Of a DNA stretch of 64,000 nt, positions 47,966 through 61,054 are shown piece after piece. Under the pieces are notes generated by a model, which searched no databases, had not been told where the DNA came from, and saw only the letters and a program-made list of their open reading frames with translations. The stretch is from Sminthopsis crassicaudata. Taxonomy: Eukaryota. The stretch spans positions 645,524,958-645,588,957 of the forward strand of contig NC_133617.1 in NCBI RefSeq assembly GCF_048593235.1, given 5' to 3'. Every line of letters begins with the position of its first letter. Position 1 is the first letter of the stretch. The position numbers were made by a program, and so were the translations under genes.

Positions 47966-48245
47966 ATAAAGTTCTTAGATTTCAGGTGTTCTGTGAAGTT
48001 GGATGAGAAATATATACATATATGTATATATATACATATATGTATATACCTTTATTTTCATTGACTTCTAACTGTAATTAAGTTCCTAAATTGTGAAATT
48101 ATATATATATATTTTTTTTTCAATGACTTCTAACTGTAATTAAGTTCCTAAATTGTGAAATTTTAAAAAAAAAAACTTTTTCTGAGATAACATCTATAGG
48201 TTTCATCAGATTGCCAATGGGATCCATGACACAAAGAAAGATTGT
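47966..48245 (+). mobile_element. Charlie1-like hAT non-autonomous element
   Basis: Left end GTTCTTAGATTTCAGGTGTTCTGTGAAGTTGGATGAG...CTTTATTTTCA; right end ATAGGTTTCATCAGATTGCCAATGGGATCCATGACACAAAG. Confidence 0.7.
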
Positions 48246-48259
48246 CCATCAAAATTCAT

Positions 48260-48600
48260 GTCTGGAATGAATGATATAGCTGAATAATAAATTGAGTCTG
48301 GAGTTAAACAGGCGGTCAAGGTGGATTGCCTTGTAGAAGTTGTAAAACTTTTTTTTAGATCCCCAGAGCTTTCCAGGAAAGCAAGGCCTCAAACTGTTTA
48401 ATATCAACATTCTATCAGTATTCCTATATGCTATGGAATGGAATATAATTAACACTGAAGAATTAAGAACAAATATCTTTCAGAGGACAATGAGAAGCAC
48501 ATGATGATGAGTGAGAATAAGCTGAAATATGTAACTATGAGGAACTCTGAAGAGGAGAACAAAACCTAATAGAATGAGAAAATGAGTTGGTTACATGGTA
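48260..48600 (+). mobile_element. Second RTE-clade LINE, post-RT ORF fragment
   Basis: From 48394 reads LFNINILSVFLYAMEWNIINTEELRTNIFQRTMR, resembling LFNTNILPVMLYGCESW...TQRAMER. Upstream reads ELNRR..WIA. Confidence 0.78.
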
Positions 48601-48639
48601 ACTAATTGCTAAATCTTGTGTAACCTTAATTAAGACATC

Positions 48640-50390
48640 TTAATACTCGACTTTTTTTGATTATTTAAGTTTTTTTTCTTTTATATGGAAGCTCTGGGTT
48701 TGTAATATTCCCAGGACTTTCAATTTTCTTTTGCTTTGTCCTTTTCTAGAAATTATCAGGAAATTCTATTTCTTCTTTGCCCTTTAGTTCTAAGATATAT
48801 GGGTAGTTTTATGACTTCTTGAAATTCAATATTGAATTTTTTCTGCTTATGGTTTTCAATCAGTTCAATAATTCACAAACTACCTCTCCTTAATCTGTTA
48901 TCCATGTCACTTGTTTTTGCTAGGAGATATTTTATATATACCTCTATTTTTAATAGTTTTGTCTTTGTTGTAAATTTTCTTGACGCCTTATAAACACATT
49001 AGTTTCTGTTTGATATATTCTATTTTTCAGGGAGCTTTCATACCTCTCGTTCTCAGCTCTTTATTCTCTTTCTATACCTTTTGCCCTTTTTTCTTACCTC
49101 ATTTTATCTCTCAAGTGCCCTCATTTGGTCTTTTAAACCACTTTTAGTTTTTAAAAAAATCTCATTCTTGCACTTATTTAACATATATTGGATTGTGTGC
49201 ACTTTAGGGAGGGGAGAAGGAGGAGGAAATGAAAAAAAATTGGAACACAAGGATATGCAAGAGTGAATGTTGAAAATATTTATGCATAAGTTTGAAAATA
49301 AAACTGTAATAAAAAAAAATCTTTCTTCATCTCTTTCAGGAATTCTGGTTGGACTTGGGCCCAAGCTTAAGTTTCTTTGAAGCTTTGTTTATAGATATTT
49401 TGGAATCATTCTTTTCTTCTGGGTGTTTGTCTTGTACATCTGTGCCAATAGAACATAACAGCTCTTTATGCTGGGATGCCTTTTTTTTTCTTTGTTTGCT
49501 CATTCTTCCCTCTGCTTCCTGACTTTCAACTTTATGTTAGGGTGAAGATCTGCACATTTCTAGAGACAATGTCTGATCTATAATCTTGTTCTCTTGGGTA
49601 TCTCTATTGCTTTCTCAGAACTGAGTGTTATATCATCCAGGATTTTGGAGAAAGTTCAGAATGGAGACCCACATGTTTTCAGTGCTCTCAAAGTCATATA
49701 ATCTTTGGTAAAGCCTGTTTACTGCCCACCTAGGGTGAACTCTGCAAGTTCCTGACCCTGCTTTGCATTTGAGCAACACACCTGTGGGCTTGTCCTGAGT
49801 TGAAGTTCCAATAAATTGCTGCTGAACTCAGATACTTTCAGCCATCTGGAAATTTCTACAAGTTTGGTGTGACAGAACTCAAAGCTCCCCTTTGCTTTGG
49901 GAATTCTGCCTTGGCTATTTCACTGCAAAATTTGAACTGGGAAGGAGAGTTAAAATAAAAAAGTCCCTGTTCAGCATCTGACATTTGAGTCACATTTATA
50001 TTGTTTGGTTTTGAACTTATTCCTAGTTCAGCACACAGCTTAGGGCCTTTAACTACTCCTCACTGTGGATCAACAACCCTGGGCACATGTCCCCAAGTCA
50101 ATCTGGCCTGAATCTGTAACCTGAAACTGAATAGTAAGTTGCAGAGCTGCCAATTGACACCTGTTCCCACATCCTGCACAACTCTGGGATCTTCTGGGAC
50201 CTCTTGCTATACTGGTATGTCCTATTGTGGGACAGAATCTCAATATTCTTTCAGTCACTGGATTCTGGAATGCTCTATAGTGGTACATGTCTGGCCAGAC
50301 CTCTTCCCCAGAGTCTAAAAACATCTGTGTCTGATTTGTTATGATGACTTGACTTAACTGTAATTTTTTCTTTGGATTTTCTGATCAATA
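48640..50390 (-). mobile_element. Older L1 5' half (5'UTR plus ORF1), antisense
   Basis: The reverse strand near 48860-48910 encodes a degenerate NRLRRxNLxIIxL ORF1 motif, followed rightwards by the ORF1 N-terminus and 5'UTR-like sequence. Confidence 0.72.
49163..49312 (+). mobile_element. Very short L1 3' end nested inside the antisense L1
   Basis: TTTAACATATATTGGATT...TTGGAACACAAGG...GAAAATAAAA flanked by AAAAAAATCT at 49153-49162 and 49313-49322. Confidence 0.85.
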
Positions 50391-50479
50391 TTTGATGTGG
50401 TATATTTTCTAGATTGGAGGATTAGAGAATTGGAGGACATTTTTTCCAGTTAAGTGGTTGTACTTAAAGGTCATTTAAT

Positions 50480-52180
50480 TTTCTCACTCCTATCCTTCTC
50501 CTCTCTGAAGCATTCAATAATGTTCACATCTTCCTGAATATTCTCTCCTATTTAGGTTTTGATGACACTGTTCTCACCTGATTTTCCTTCTACCTTTTGA
50601 CTATCCTTTTTCAATCCCATGTTCTTCATTCATGTCATGGCTATTAACTGTAGGTACCCCCAAAGATCTACATTGGGCTCTCTCCTCTTTTCATTCTACA
50701 CAATTTCACTTGGTGATAGCATTGCCTCATCAAAGTTCAGTTATAATCTTTATGCAAGTGATTCCCAGGGGCCTACCCTCTCTCTCCTGTGGTACAGTGC
50801 CACATCACGAACTAACTACTACTTGGACATCTCAAATTGGAGGTCTCATAGACTTCAAATTCAATATGTCCAAAATAGAATACATCATCTTTCCCTTCAA
50901 GATTATCCTTAGAGTCATTTTCAATTCCTCTCTCTAATTCACCCCATATATCCAGTGCACTCAAATCTTGTGGCTTCTAACTCATAAATATGGAACCTTT
51001 TTTACACTCTTGTTCAGGCCTACATAACCTTTAATCATTTAGACTATTGCAATAACTTTCTAACTGGTCTCTCTGCCTCAAGACTGTCACCATTTAAATC
51101 AGTGCTAGAGGCAGTTCTAACCAGCTTGCAGAACCAATTTTTAAATTTTCAATGTGAGCATTAACACCTATAAATACATAGTTGCTGCAAATTAGTGTTT
51201 GAATTATTGTTTTGTTGACTGTTTAAACTTTTAAAAATGTTAATAATACAGATTAAATTGAAAAGTCTGTATACATTCTTCTGCTTCTCTCTCTCTCAAA
51301 GAACCTAGTTGTTAAACAATCACTAATACATTACTTTTTGCTTTTAAAAATTGTTTGATCTCAATGGAAGTACAGTAGAAGGCTTAGGGAATTAATTTCT
51401 CACCAGAATGGAGGCCTAATAACTGGAGATTAATAATAATATTAATATATATTTCTATAGCATTTTAAGGTTTCCAAAGTACTTTACATCCATTATCTCA
51501 TTTGAGCCTCACAATACCCCTGACATCAATTTAAATGAGTGAAGATTCAGCTGTTAATGTGATTTTCCTACCACATGAGTTAAATCATGTCATCATTCAC
51601 CCATGATTCACACAATGATCTATCATTGCTTCCTCTTACCTATAGGATCAAAATATAATTTCCTTTGTTTAGCATTCATACTTTTGCCTTTTCCCACTTT
51701 TTCAATTTTTCACACTTTGTTCTTTTCCACACACTCCATATTCCAATACTGTCCTACTTTCAGTTCCTTAAATCTTACTATTTATTTGTCTTTGGACTAG
51801 CTGTCCCTCAATTCTGGAATGCTTAACTTCTTCAACTCTGCAAGCGTTCCTCTTACTTCCTTCAAAACTCTACACAACTCTAATCTTCTTCATAAGAACA
51901 TTCATCCCCCACTACCTCCAGCTACTAAGACTTAACTTTTCAAATTGTTTTAACTTCTCTATAAATAAACTTACATATTTAGCTGTTTGTGTGTTGTCTC
52001 TCCTATCTGAATGAAAGATATTTTTCTTCTTTATAACTGCAAATAATTCATACATAGTGCTTGGTATACAACAAATGCTTAATAAATGTCTACTGCCTTG
52101 CCTTGCCTTGACTCTGTCACCACTGCCTATCATAGTTCTTAGCACATATCTCATAAATGCTTATTGGTTGATTGATTATG
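50480..52180 (+). mobile_element. Long L2 remnant (RT to 3' end), interrupted by a MER63-like element and a MIR
   Basis: The ORF at 50619-50912 reads YPQRSTLGSLLFSFYTISLGDSIASSKFSYNLYASDSQ, resembling L2 GVPQGSVLGPLLF...YHLYADDSQ. L2 3' end with ATGCTTAATAAATG near 52075. Confidence 0.85.
51100..51335 (+). mobile_element. MER63-like hAT-Blackjack MITE
   Basis: AAATTTTCAATGTGAGCATTAACACC...ATTGTTTTGTTGACTGT...AATGTTAATAATACAGATTAAA...GTTGTTAAACA is colinear with MER63 as I recall it. Confidence 0.72.
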
Positions 52181-52669
52181 AGATGAAGGGTTTTTTTGCC
52201 ATTCTTGTGGGAATTTTAAGCACATTGAAAGGAGAGAATTATTCAGGGAATAGAATTTTCTCATTTCTCCCAAAATCCCACTAAAAGGGAGTCTTTGACT
52301 CTAGAAGTACATGGGGAGGAAGAGGGGAGAGGAAAAGAAGAAAGAAAGCAGGTTTTTTAAATTTAGCAGAAAAGTCTACCTAAGCCAATTAGAATACCAG
52401 CTCCTCAAAGATACAGTGATAGAACCGTTACCTTATTACTGCAACATCAATCAGCAAACATGTTCAAGCCTCCATTAGTCATTAGATAAAGCCAAAATAA
52501 TGTCATTGTAATTGGAGATTGAGAACTGATGAATGGTGCATTTCTTAAACAAAATATAGGTTTTATATTTCTGGTACAAATCAATTACCTGTGATAGTAC
52601 CTATCTGAGGATTATCTATTTATCATGAATAATTTTAGATTTTTTTTCTTCCATCATATCAGTGATTAT

Positions 52670-53205
52670 TCCAAATTGTCAGGCATTCCAACTCTACTGC
52701 AGAGAGAACAATCCCACTGGGCTTGCCACATTGTTGAATGTCAAATGTACACTTGCCAAAAAGATTATTTTGTAGAGATGGAAAAAATATTATTTTATGG
52801 AGAATTTTTAAAAAAGATTATTTTATGGAGGGCAAGTACTCACAAGGTGGCCAGAAAAAGCAATGCAAGGACACTTTTAAGGTCTCTTTTAAGAACTTTA
52901 GAATTGATTTATAACATGGGAGATACTGTCACAGGACCTCCCAGCATGGCTTGCCCAGAGAAGATGCTGTGCTCTATGAGCAAAGTAGAATTGAATTAGC
53001 TCAGAAGAACATGAGATGTGCAAAGCTAGAGAGTCTAACCCAAATGGTCATAGAGGCTATTTATGTTCAACTTGTGGCAGAGCATTCTGAGCTTGTATTG
53101 GTCTGATCAGCCACAATTGGACACACTGTTACTCGACTCTAACATATTGATTTCATTTTGGTCCTCTTTGAAAACGAAGGATAACAATCAACCAACCAAC
53201 AACCA
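52670..53205 (+). mobile_element. RTE-clade LINE 3' end (marsupial RTE, not BovB-type C-terminus)
   Basis: Translation IPTLLQREQSHWACHIV...ILFYGE...HKVARKSNARTLL resembles RTE LRWAGHVVRM...LFYGEL...GGQKKRYKDTLK. Ends in GGTCCTCTTTGAAAACGAAGGATAAC plus a (CAAC)n tail. Confidence 0.87.
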
Positions 53206-56200
53206 TTCCATACTCTTTTGTTAGAAATAGAGGAAATTTTAGATAGACATTTTACCACCAACCTCCCTTCTATATATAGAATCCTAGATTTTCACAGGGA
53301 TATATGCTGGGATGGGATATCCGTATGTGTCTTTGTGTGCCTTGTAAGTATGGGTGTTGGGATGTGTAAAACTGTGTGTTAGGCAATGGAAGGATGTGGT
53401 TGGCTTAAAGTCAAGTTCAGTCAGTACTTATAAATTTCTATTTCCAGGGTTAATGACTTAGCCCTTTCTAATTTAGTTGCTCTGAAACTGTGATACATCT
53501 GTTAGTATACTTGCATCTGTTTCAGATCTGCTCTTCAGATTGTATTCTCCTCCTTCTCCTCCATCCCCACCCCCATCTCTCCACTTTTCTTTCCACTAGC
53601 TTGTTGTGGTGGAAAAGAATACCAACCAGAGAGTTCAAATCCCAATTTTATGACTAACAATTTGCATGATCTTGGAAAAGTACTTTCATCTGACTTGAGT
53701 CTCCATGCCCTCCTTTACAAAGTAAAAATTTAGGTCTCCATAAGAGGTTCATTCCAATTTAAAGTTTCTATCAGTCAGTAACCATTTATTAACCACATGC
53801 TGTATATGCCCACTTGTGCACCGAGAAGTCATCAGGTATTCCATTTCTTTGTCATCTTTTAACTAAATTCCTTTAGACTCAGAATCTAAAATCTCCAAAT
53901 TCTAATTTTAAAGGGGAGCAAAAGCAGAGTAGAAATTATTTTTCTAATCATATTACTAACATGACTGTTAGGATGACTAGGATGACTATTTCATTTTTTA
54001 TCTTAGGAAACTAATTCTAATAAGTTTTTTCATGATTAATCCTTTTTAACTTTTTAGGATGTTGAATATAGACTTATCTAAGAATTTTCAATTTTTAAGT
54101 TCAGCCAATTCCAAAAATAGCTAATTTGGGGGAATTATCTATTTGTTGTACATAAGGGAATAGAACCAAAAATTAAGCACAATGGAAAAATATAAAAGAA
54201 AAGTTTCCCCCCTTCTGACACTCATAATCAAAATAATACAAAAATCATGCTTTCTCATTTAAATGATTTGTGTGGAAAACTCTCCACTCATCAAAAATGG
54301 CTACTTCTAAGTTGAGTAATTCTAAAATGAGTAATTTATAAAAAATAGCTTGGGTATAGGAGAGAGATGTCTTTTTTTTTCTTAACCTAAACACAGCTCA
54401 TTTAAGGTAAAAACTAGTCCTTAACATGTTGATAATAATAGATTGAAACTAAAAGCCATGGTCTCAAATGGGTGCTGCAAAACAGTGCTAGATTTGGTGT
54501 CCAAAGTTATGGGTTCAAATTCTGACTTTGGTACTTACCACTTGGGTGACTATACAGTAATCTTACCTTTCTAAGCTTCTGTTTCCTCATCTGTAGATAG
54601 AGGGGACTGTATGGTCTTTAAGGTACCTTCCATCTCTCAATCTATGCTCCTATAATCCCACAAAATGTTTTTAAAGTTTAAAAAATTCTTCCCTTACATA
54701 ATCTCATTTGCTTCTCATAACAATTCTGGAGATAGATATTACAGTATTATCCTACTTTATAAAGGAGGAAATAGCCTCAGAGAGGTTCATTGACTTGTCT
54801 AGGGTCATACAACTAAAGAGTCTGAAGCATGATTTAAAACCAGGTCTTTCTCACTGCTAGTATTCTATCCATTGTATTCTATTCTTCTTCCCACATGTAT
54901 TTACTTTCATAGCCATCAATTCTTTTACAGAATGTTATCCTAGGGAGCATCTGTATGATATTTGCATTGATCCAATTGTTCAAGACTAAGCCATCAATAA
55001 ACATCTGGTTCAATTGGTTAGTTTCATCCCCCATATTTAGTAATGAAAATTGTATTAGTGACTTTGGTCCAGGCTCAATTAGAGTATTTGGAAGACAGAT
55101 TCATGCTCCCTGAATTTCTAATCCTAGTTTGTTTGTCTTTCATTCTCAAACCATCTCGGGGTTTATAGTGTAGACATCTTATGTGACTATTTGGAAGAGG
55201 GCAGATGGAAATTTTTTTTTTATATAAAATTGGGCCACATGCTGAAACCAGCATGAAACAATTATACTTATATAACTTTTTTCTCTCTCTCTCATCAATC
55301 TTTATATTCTTTGGGGGCAATCTTATTTATTTCTAAGAATCCAAGAATTTCATCACCATCAATGTGCTAATGACTCCCAGATTATGCCTGTCAACTTGTG
55401 CCCACTTACTATCTGTACACTTCTATGTCTCTTTTTGTATATGTGTGTACAACATTTCTTTTGAGAGGCACAAAACGAATAAACACTGACCTCAAAATAG
55501 TTTTTCCCCCAAAAAATGAATCCTTCTTTGGTCTCTAGTTATTGATGCTACCTCCTACAGAATATATTTCTTTCCTGATCTTTCATTATTAATATTCTCT
55601 ATACCCTGAAATCACTTAGTATGTGATCTGTATTTTTCTGTCTATCTGTTCTGATCTGTGTATATATAGATTTCCTCCAGTAAAATGTAAACTCATTAAG
55701 GGCAGAGACTGTTTCTTTTTTTTTTCCTTTTTCTTTTTTTGCATTTTTATTCCCAGAGCCTAGCAGCATTTGACTTAATATCCACTCCCTAAATCTATGA
55801 TGATTTGAATTAAATTGGATGATATCTCTGCTTTCTCAATATCTACATCAGTGGCCTAGGGTTCCAAATATCTTTTATTCCCATATCTTTCATGGATTTC
55901 CTTGAATCTCTTCAGTGACTTCCCCATATCTCCTGAGTAAAAGTTCACTCAAATTTTTGCTTCACTTAAACTTAGTTCAACTAATTCATTGAGCATCTAT
56001 CAGGAATAAGGCACTGTCTTAGATGATCTGTTGTTAGAAAGAAATTAAAACACAGTCACTGCCCTCAAGAAACTTTTGGTCTAATACAGTAAGCAATGGA
56101 GATGGGGAACCTAAACAATTATGCTCCTAATGCTTCACATGATCTTGGGCCTTCATTTCCTCATCAGAAATGTAAAAGGGTTTTATTTGCTGCTGATATA

Positions 56201-59200
56201 CTAAAATCATTAAGCTTTTCTAACTGATAATAAAGCCTATTTTTAAAAAAAAGTTCTAAAGAAAATGTGAAGTTACAAAAGAATGGCATGCTATAAGAAA
56301 GACTTCAAGTTGCTAAAGATATTCATGAAATATTTTTGTCTGGAGGAGTTAAAATCATAAAAAAAAATCAGCTCTAATCATTTGTTTCATTTCCATTCCC
56401 AAGATCTCATTCTATTTTTATGTAGCCATCTCTTCTGTGTATTTTTTAATTTCCCTCCATAAAATGAGTTGGACTTGTCTTGTGCCTGAGTCAAATATTA
56501 GTTAAAATCTTAAACACGATAGGTTCTTAATGCATATTGAACTAAATTAACACTGATTAATTAATAAATACTGAAATAAATGACATCCGTATGCATTCTT
56601 TTAAAGCTTCCCAAAAGCTCAACTGATTATGAGACTTTGGTCCCTCATTTAGGTTCTCCAGTTTCCTCATTCATAAAAATGAGAGATTATACTGGATAAA
56701 CTGGAAGTTCTCTCTAGGTACAATGCCTATGATATGATAATTCATATCAATACACTAGTCCTAAGGAAATATTTGGAGACTGGATTCCATTATTTTCTAT
56801 TACCACCTTACCTCTATGGCTCTCTAGCAACATCAAGGATAATTTTAGCAAATAAATGAAATGTAAGACAGTCATGCAACCACATTGGGGGAAAACATCA
56901 TAAAGCAAAACCCTAGGTTCTGATTTAGACTTTGCAGCACAAGGACACTAGGAGCCCATTTTCTGTTGCACATATGGTCTTCTGACTGTGGATCTCAGAA
57001 CAGTGGGTAATCTTACATACCTTACATGCATACCTGGAAACTTTCATGCTCATTTAACTGAGACTTTTCAGCAAATATATGAGAACAAAACTAGATAAGC
57101 AGCCATTTAACCAGGGGCCATAACTCAACTCATCCCAGGGCGTCATCAAGGGTTTTGTTGCCATCATAAACCATAAGAGAAATACCCAAGTGTTTTTCAT
57201 CAGAACCACCAAGTTCGGTTTTCCTGACATTGAACTATGGACTTTATTTTTTTAATATCATTTTAGAATGCATGAATTTAAAAACATCTGTTTTCATGCT
57301 GAATTCCTCCCTCTTAAAGGAGCCTCTTCAATACGAAATACCATCAAGAGCTGAAGAATTCATATGGGTCTTCAGATTACCATCCAGGACATCCATACAA
57401 CCAAGAAAATCATTATGAAAAGTGGTAGGAACAGCCACAGTACCTATGGAGAGCAAGAGTATCATAACATCTCAGAGTATAGGATAATAGATTTAAAGTT
57501 AGAAGGGATCTTGAAGACCATCAAGTTCAATCTCTTCATTTAACAGTTAGGGAAATAAGAGGTTAAATAAGAAATAGAGGTTAAGTAACTTGCCTCTCCA
57601 CAGTTTATAAGGGTCTCTGGTAAGATTCAAATCCAGGACTTCCTGACTATAAATCCAACAACATATTCACCATGCAACCTTCTTAAAATTTATTGTTTGA
57701 AAATATTCTCCTTTTTTCATTCCTTCTTTTTTCATGTCTTCATGTCCTACTGAGAGGAAATCATTTAATTGTTGTAGTCCCAAACTCTCCTCGGGTAATT
57801 GACAGATAATCTGAGACATATATATCAAAATACATTAATTAGACACCTACTGAATATCAATTTTTTTGCTATGTTTAAGGCAAAGTTTTTGTAAGAATCA
57901 GTCTCTACCTTCATGGAGTTTATAATCCAACGGAATTAAGGGTAAAAGTGGAATATAATAAGCACAAATAACAATCAAAATGTTAGATGACACATTTTCA
58001 TCACCTTCCCAAACATCAATAGTTAATCAGAGTCACATAACAGGAACAAGCCATTTTGAACTCTAGTCCCCACTCAACGACAACACTCAGCTGGGTCAAT
58101 AATCCTTGCTTTCTAGAAAAATACCGACAAGTGATTGCCCTCCTTTATTAAAACATCCTTTGAGCTAGTGTGTTTATGTGAAGTTTAAGAAAACATTGGT
58201 GTTGGTGAATTATGTTACAATTAGTGCAATTTCAGGAAGGAAAGATTCAGTACTCATATTTTACAACTGTGTCACCTGAAATATTATTATTAGTGTCTGA
58301 TTTATCAACAATCTGCTAGGGAGATGATTTTTTTCTGCTATATTTCTAAAGGAAAGGGAGGAAGGCTTGGGCATTTATTATGTAGCCAGAAGCTGATTTA
58401 TGTTTTTCCCCAGTCCAGTCAAATAATCTTGAGTCAAAAGGGGAGAAAGGGTAATTGTCACAGTGTAACCTTTTAAAGACTTCTTTAAGGGATCTCACCA
58501 GAAAGTCATTGTTACTATATAGTAATGCCCCAACTCTATTCACATCACAATTCATGCATTAACACAACAATCAAGACTTGTGCTCTCCCAATTAGGCATA
58601 AGAACTGGGTACAAAAGAACAAACCCAAATGAAAAGATACTCCCTATTGGGAGAACGAGAGATGGGAAATATGTGGTAGAATTTTTTATTAATACAGTTA
58701 GCATATAAAGTTTATAGTGCCAAAAATGATACCTCTTCCTTTTTTGACTTTGACACAAATACTGGGAACTTGGAAGTTCAAAGGAAAGCTCTGCAAATCC
58801 TGTTCAAACATGTTCCTGAGCATGTATCTATGATATATTGAGAGAGAAGAAGGGGGAAATGAGAGAAATGTTGTGCGGGGCTGGAGAAAATGAGAAGGGC
58901 AGGACTCCAAACTCAGCCCAGAGACAGCTTTAAGTCAAAATGTTCTGGATTTGGAAGTAGGTTGTGCCAGGACATTAATACACTTAATACAAGCCAGTGG
59001 TGGGTCATACTCATGTCATTTGGTATCACTGCAGGGATAGAAGTAGAAGGTTATTTAAAGAACAATATGGTTTCTGGTGATCTCTGTGAAGTTTATGAGA
59101 AGTCAGAAAAACGAACATAAAACTTACCCTACACATGTAATTAAAATACATGGTAACCAAACTCATGTGTAAGTAATAGGAGAGTGGAATACAGCCCAGG

Positions 59201-60116
59201 GCTCGTAATATACAAGTCGGTTGAAGTGAAAAGTAATTTGTGGTAGGCTTTCAAATTCCTGCTTTAGTGGACAGATTTGGAAAGTTCACATGTCGTCTTC
59301 CTGGCTGGGCAAGTTTACTTTGAGTGGCCTTTCATATATTTTTAAAGGCCTCTAAAAATAGCTGATTGTTTTTTTTTTTTTCTTTCCTTTTCATGAAAAA
59401 TTACACAGAGTTTCAACAAATAGTACCTGGGAGCCAACAAGCATAGTTAAATTCCAGAGTACCCCCCAGAGGAGGATATCCATTATGAAAAAGGAGGGCC
59501 TTATTCTTTTTCTTCCATTCTTAATACAGGTCTCTCCTGGTCTTTAGGACTAACCAATGCCAAATTATGGATACAGTGGTCCCTTATCCAGATGGTTCAA
59601 AATACAGACTTATAAGGTAGAGAAAATAGAATATGGAAGAGTGAGGGGAGACAGGAACCACACACAAAAACATATGTTACTAAATATCCTGATGTTTGCC
59701 ATTATGTAGACCAAACATCTGGATGATTGACTGAACTATTCACTTTTCGTCTGCATATTCTGGCAACATGTAGACGCAGAATTTCAGTTCATCTGGGGGA
59801 GATATTACATGTTCAGTTGTTAACAATGCAATGTGCTACTGCAACCAAATGGAACCTTTATGGGTCCAAGATTTAGCATCAGCTTATAAGTGCTTTACTA
59901 TTATTATTAATAAATATTATAAAATATTCATCACCCCCATAAGTTATATGCTCACATTGGAAAAAAGAAAAGCTGGTCTACATTGTTCTCTGCCATAGCA
60001 TATATATCCATGCAAAAAATCATAACACCTGTCCTCCATATTCTTATACTTTATAAGAGATGTGTACACTTTTCTAGTACAAATGTATTTTCCCAAAGCC
60101 TAAGGCTGTGTGTATG

Positions 60117-60159
<43 letters not shown>

Positions 60160-60842
60160 TGATTAGGCACTTAATAACTGTACATGGAATGAAATAATGT
60201 AAAACATAAAAGGAAACTTGGAGATAACATTATTTTTATAGTTCCTTTTATTTCACAGATAAGAAATCCAATCCAAAAAATATTAAGGAAGTAGTTCCTG
60301 TCACACCATTAATAAATGCCAAAGATAAGACATTCCTATATTACCTTGTATACTATCCCACAAAATGCATCTGTCTGATAATTATACCTAGTTCCAAGTT
60401 TTATAAGAATATTAAGAACATTACTTGAATTAGAGTAGAATGGGAATGAAGAGCATTTCATTTTCTTTAAGGAGATTCTGAAACTATCTTGCTACTGGTA
60501 GGGAGTTTACCTACAATATTTGTATATCTTTAGACATGTCCTACTTCATTATCTCAAATACGAAATATACAATGTACATAAATGCACTTTTGTGATAGGT
60601 CCAGTATTTCAAGGTATAAACACTAAAAGATACTCAGTTTATCCAAATAATGTTTTTTGGGGGGTTTTTTGGTGAACATAAAAAAACCAAATTAGTTTGT
60701 ACTATATTCACTTATACATAGAAGTGGAAGAACATATTTAGTACACTTTACAGCCACTGTTTGGATCCCTACCACGGCTACCTCAGGAAAATGAAATCAC
60801 AACAGAATTGATTCTAGCAAATAGATTCTATCTAAATGTAAG

Positions 60843-60860
60843 CTGACCAGTAGATGGCCC
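60843..60860 (+). promoter_or_regulatory. Candidate CTCF site
   Basis: CCAGTAGATGGC (60847-60858) matches the core CCASYAGRKGGC and lies in non-repeat DNA. Motif match only. Confidence 0.4.
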
Positions 60861-61054
60861 ATAAATGTTAAGGGTTGTGTGGTTTTGGATACTGAAGGAG
60901 ACAGAAAGACCAAGTGCTTCTTTCAAATGTACCAATGTAGGGTAAGATGAAACACAGACTTTGGTAGAACTTCTTTGGTACAGGAGCTCTGCTCACAGAT
61001 GTTCATTTTCCCTTTAGGTATTCTAACTGGAATACCCCCCCCTCCCCTCCACAC

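Noticed and set aside
52625-52999. 124-aa ORF
   Set aside because: Decayed RTE ORF C-terminus, already annotated as a mobile element.
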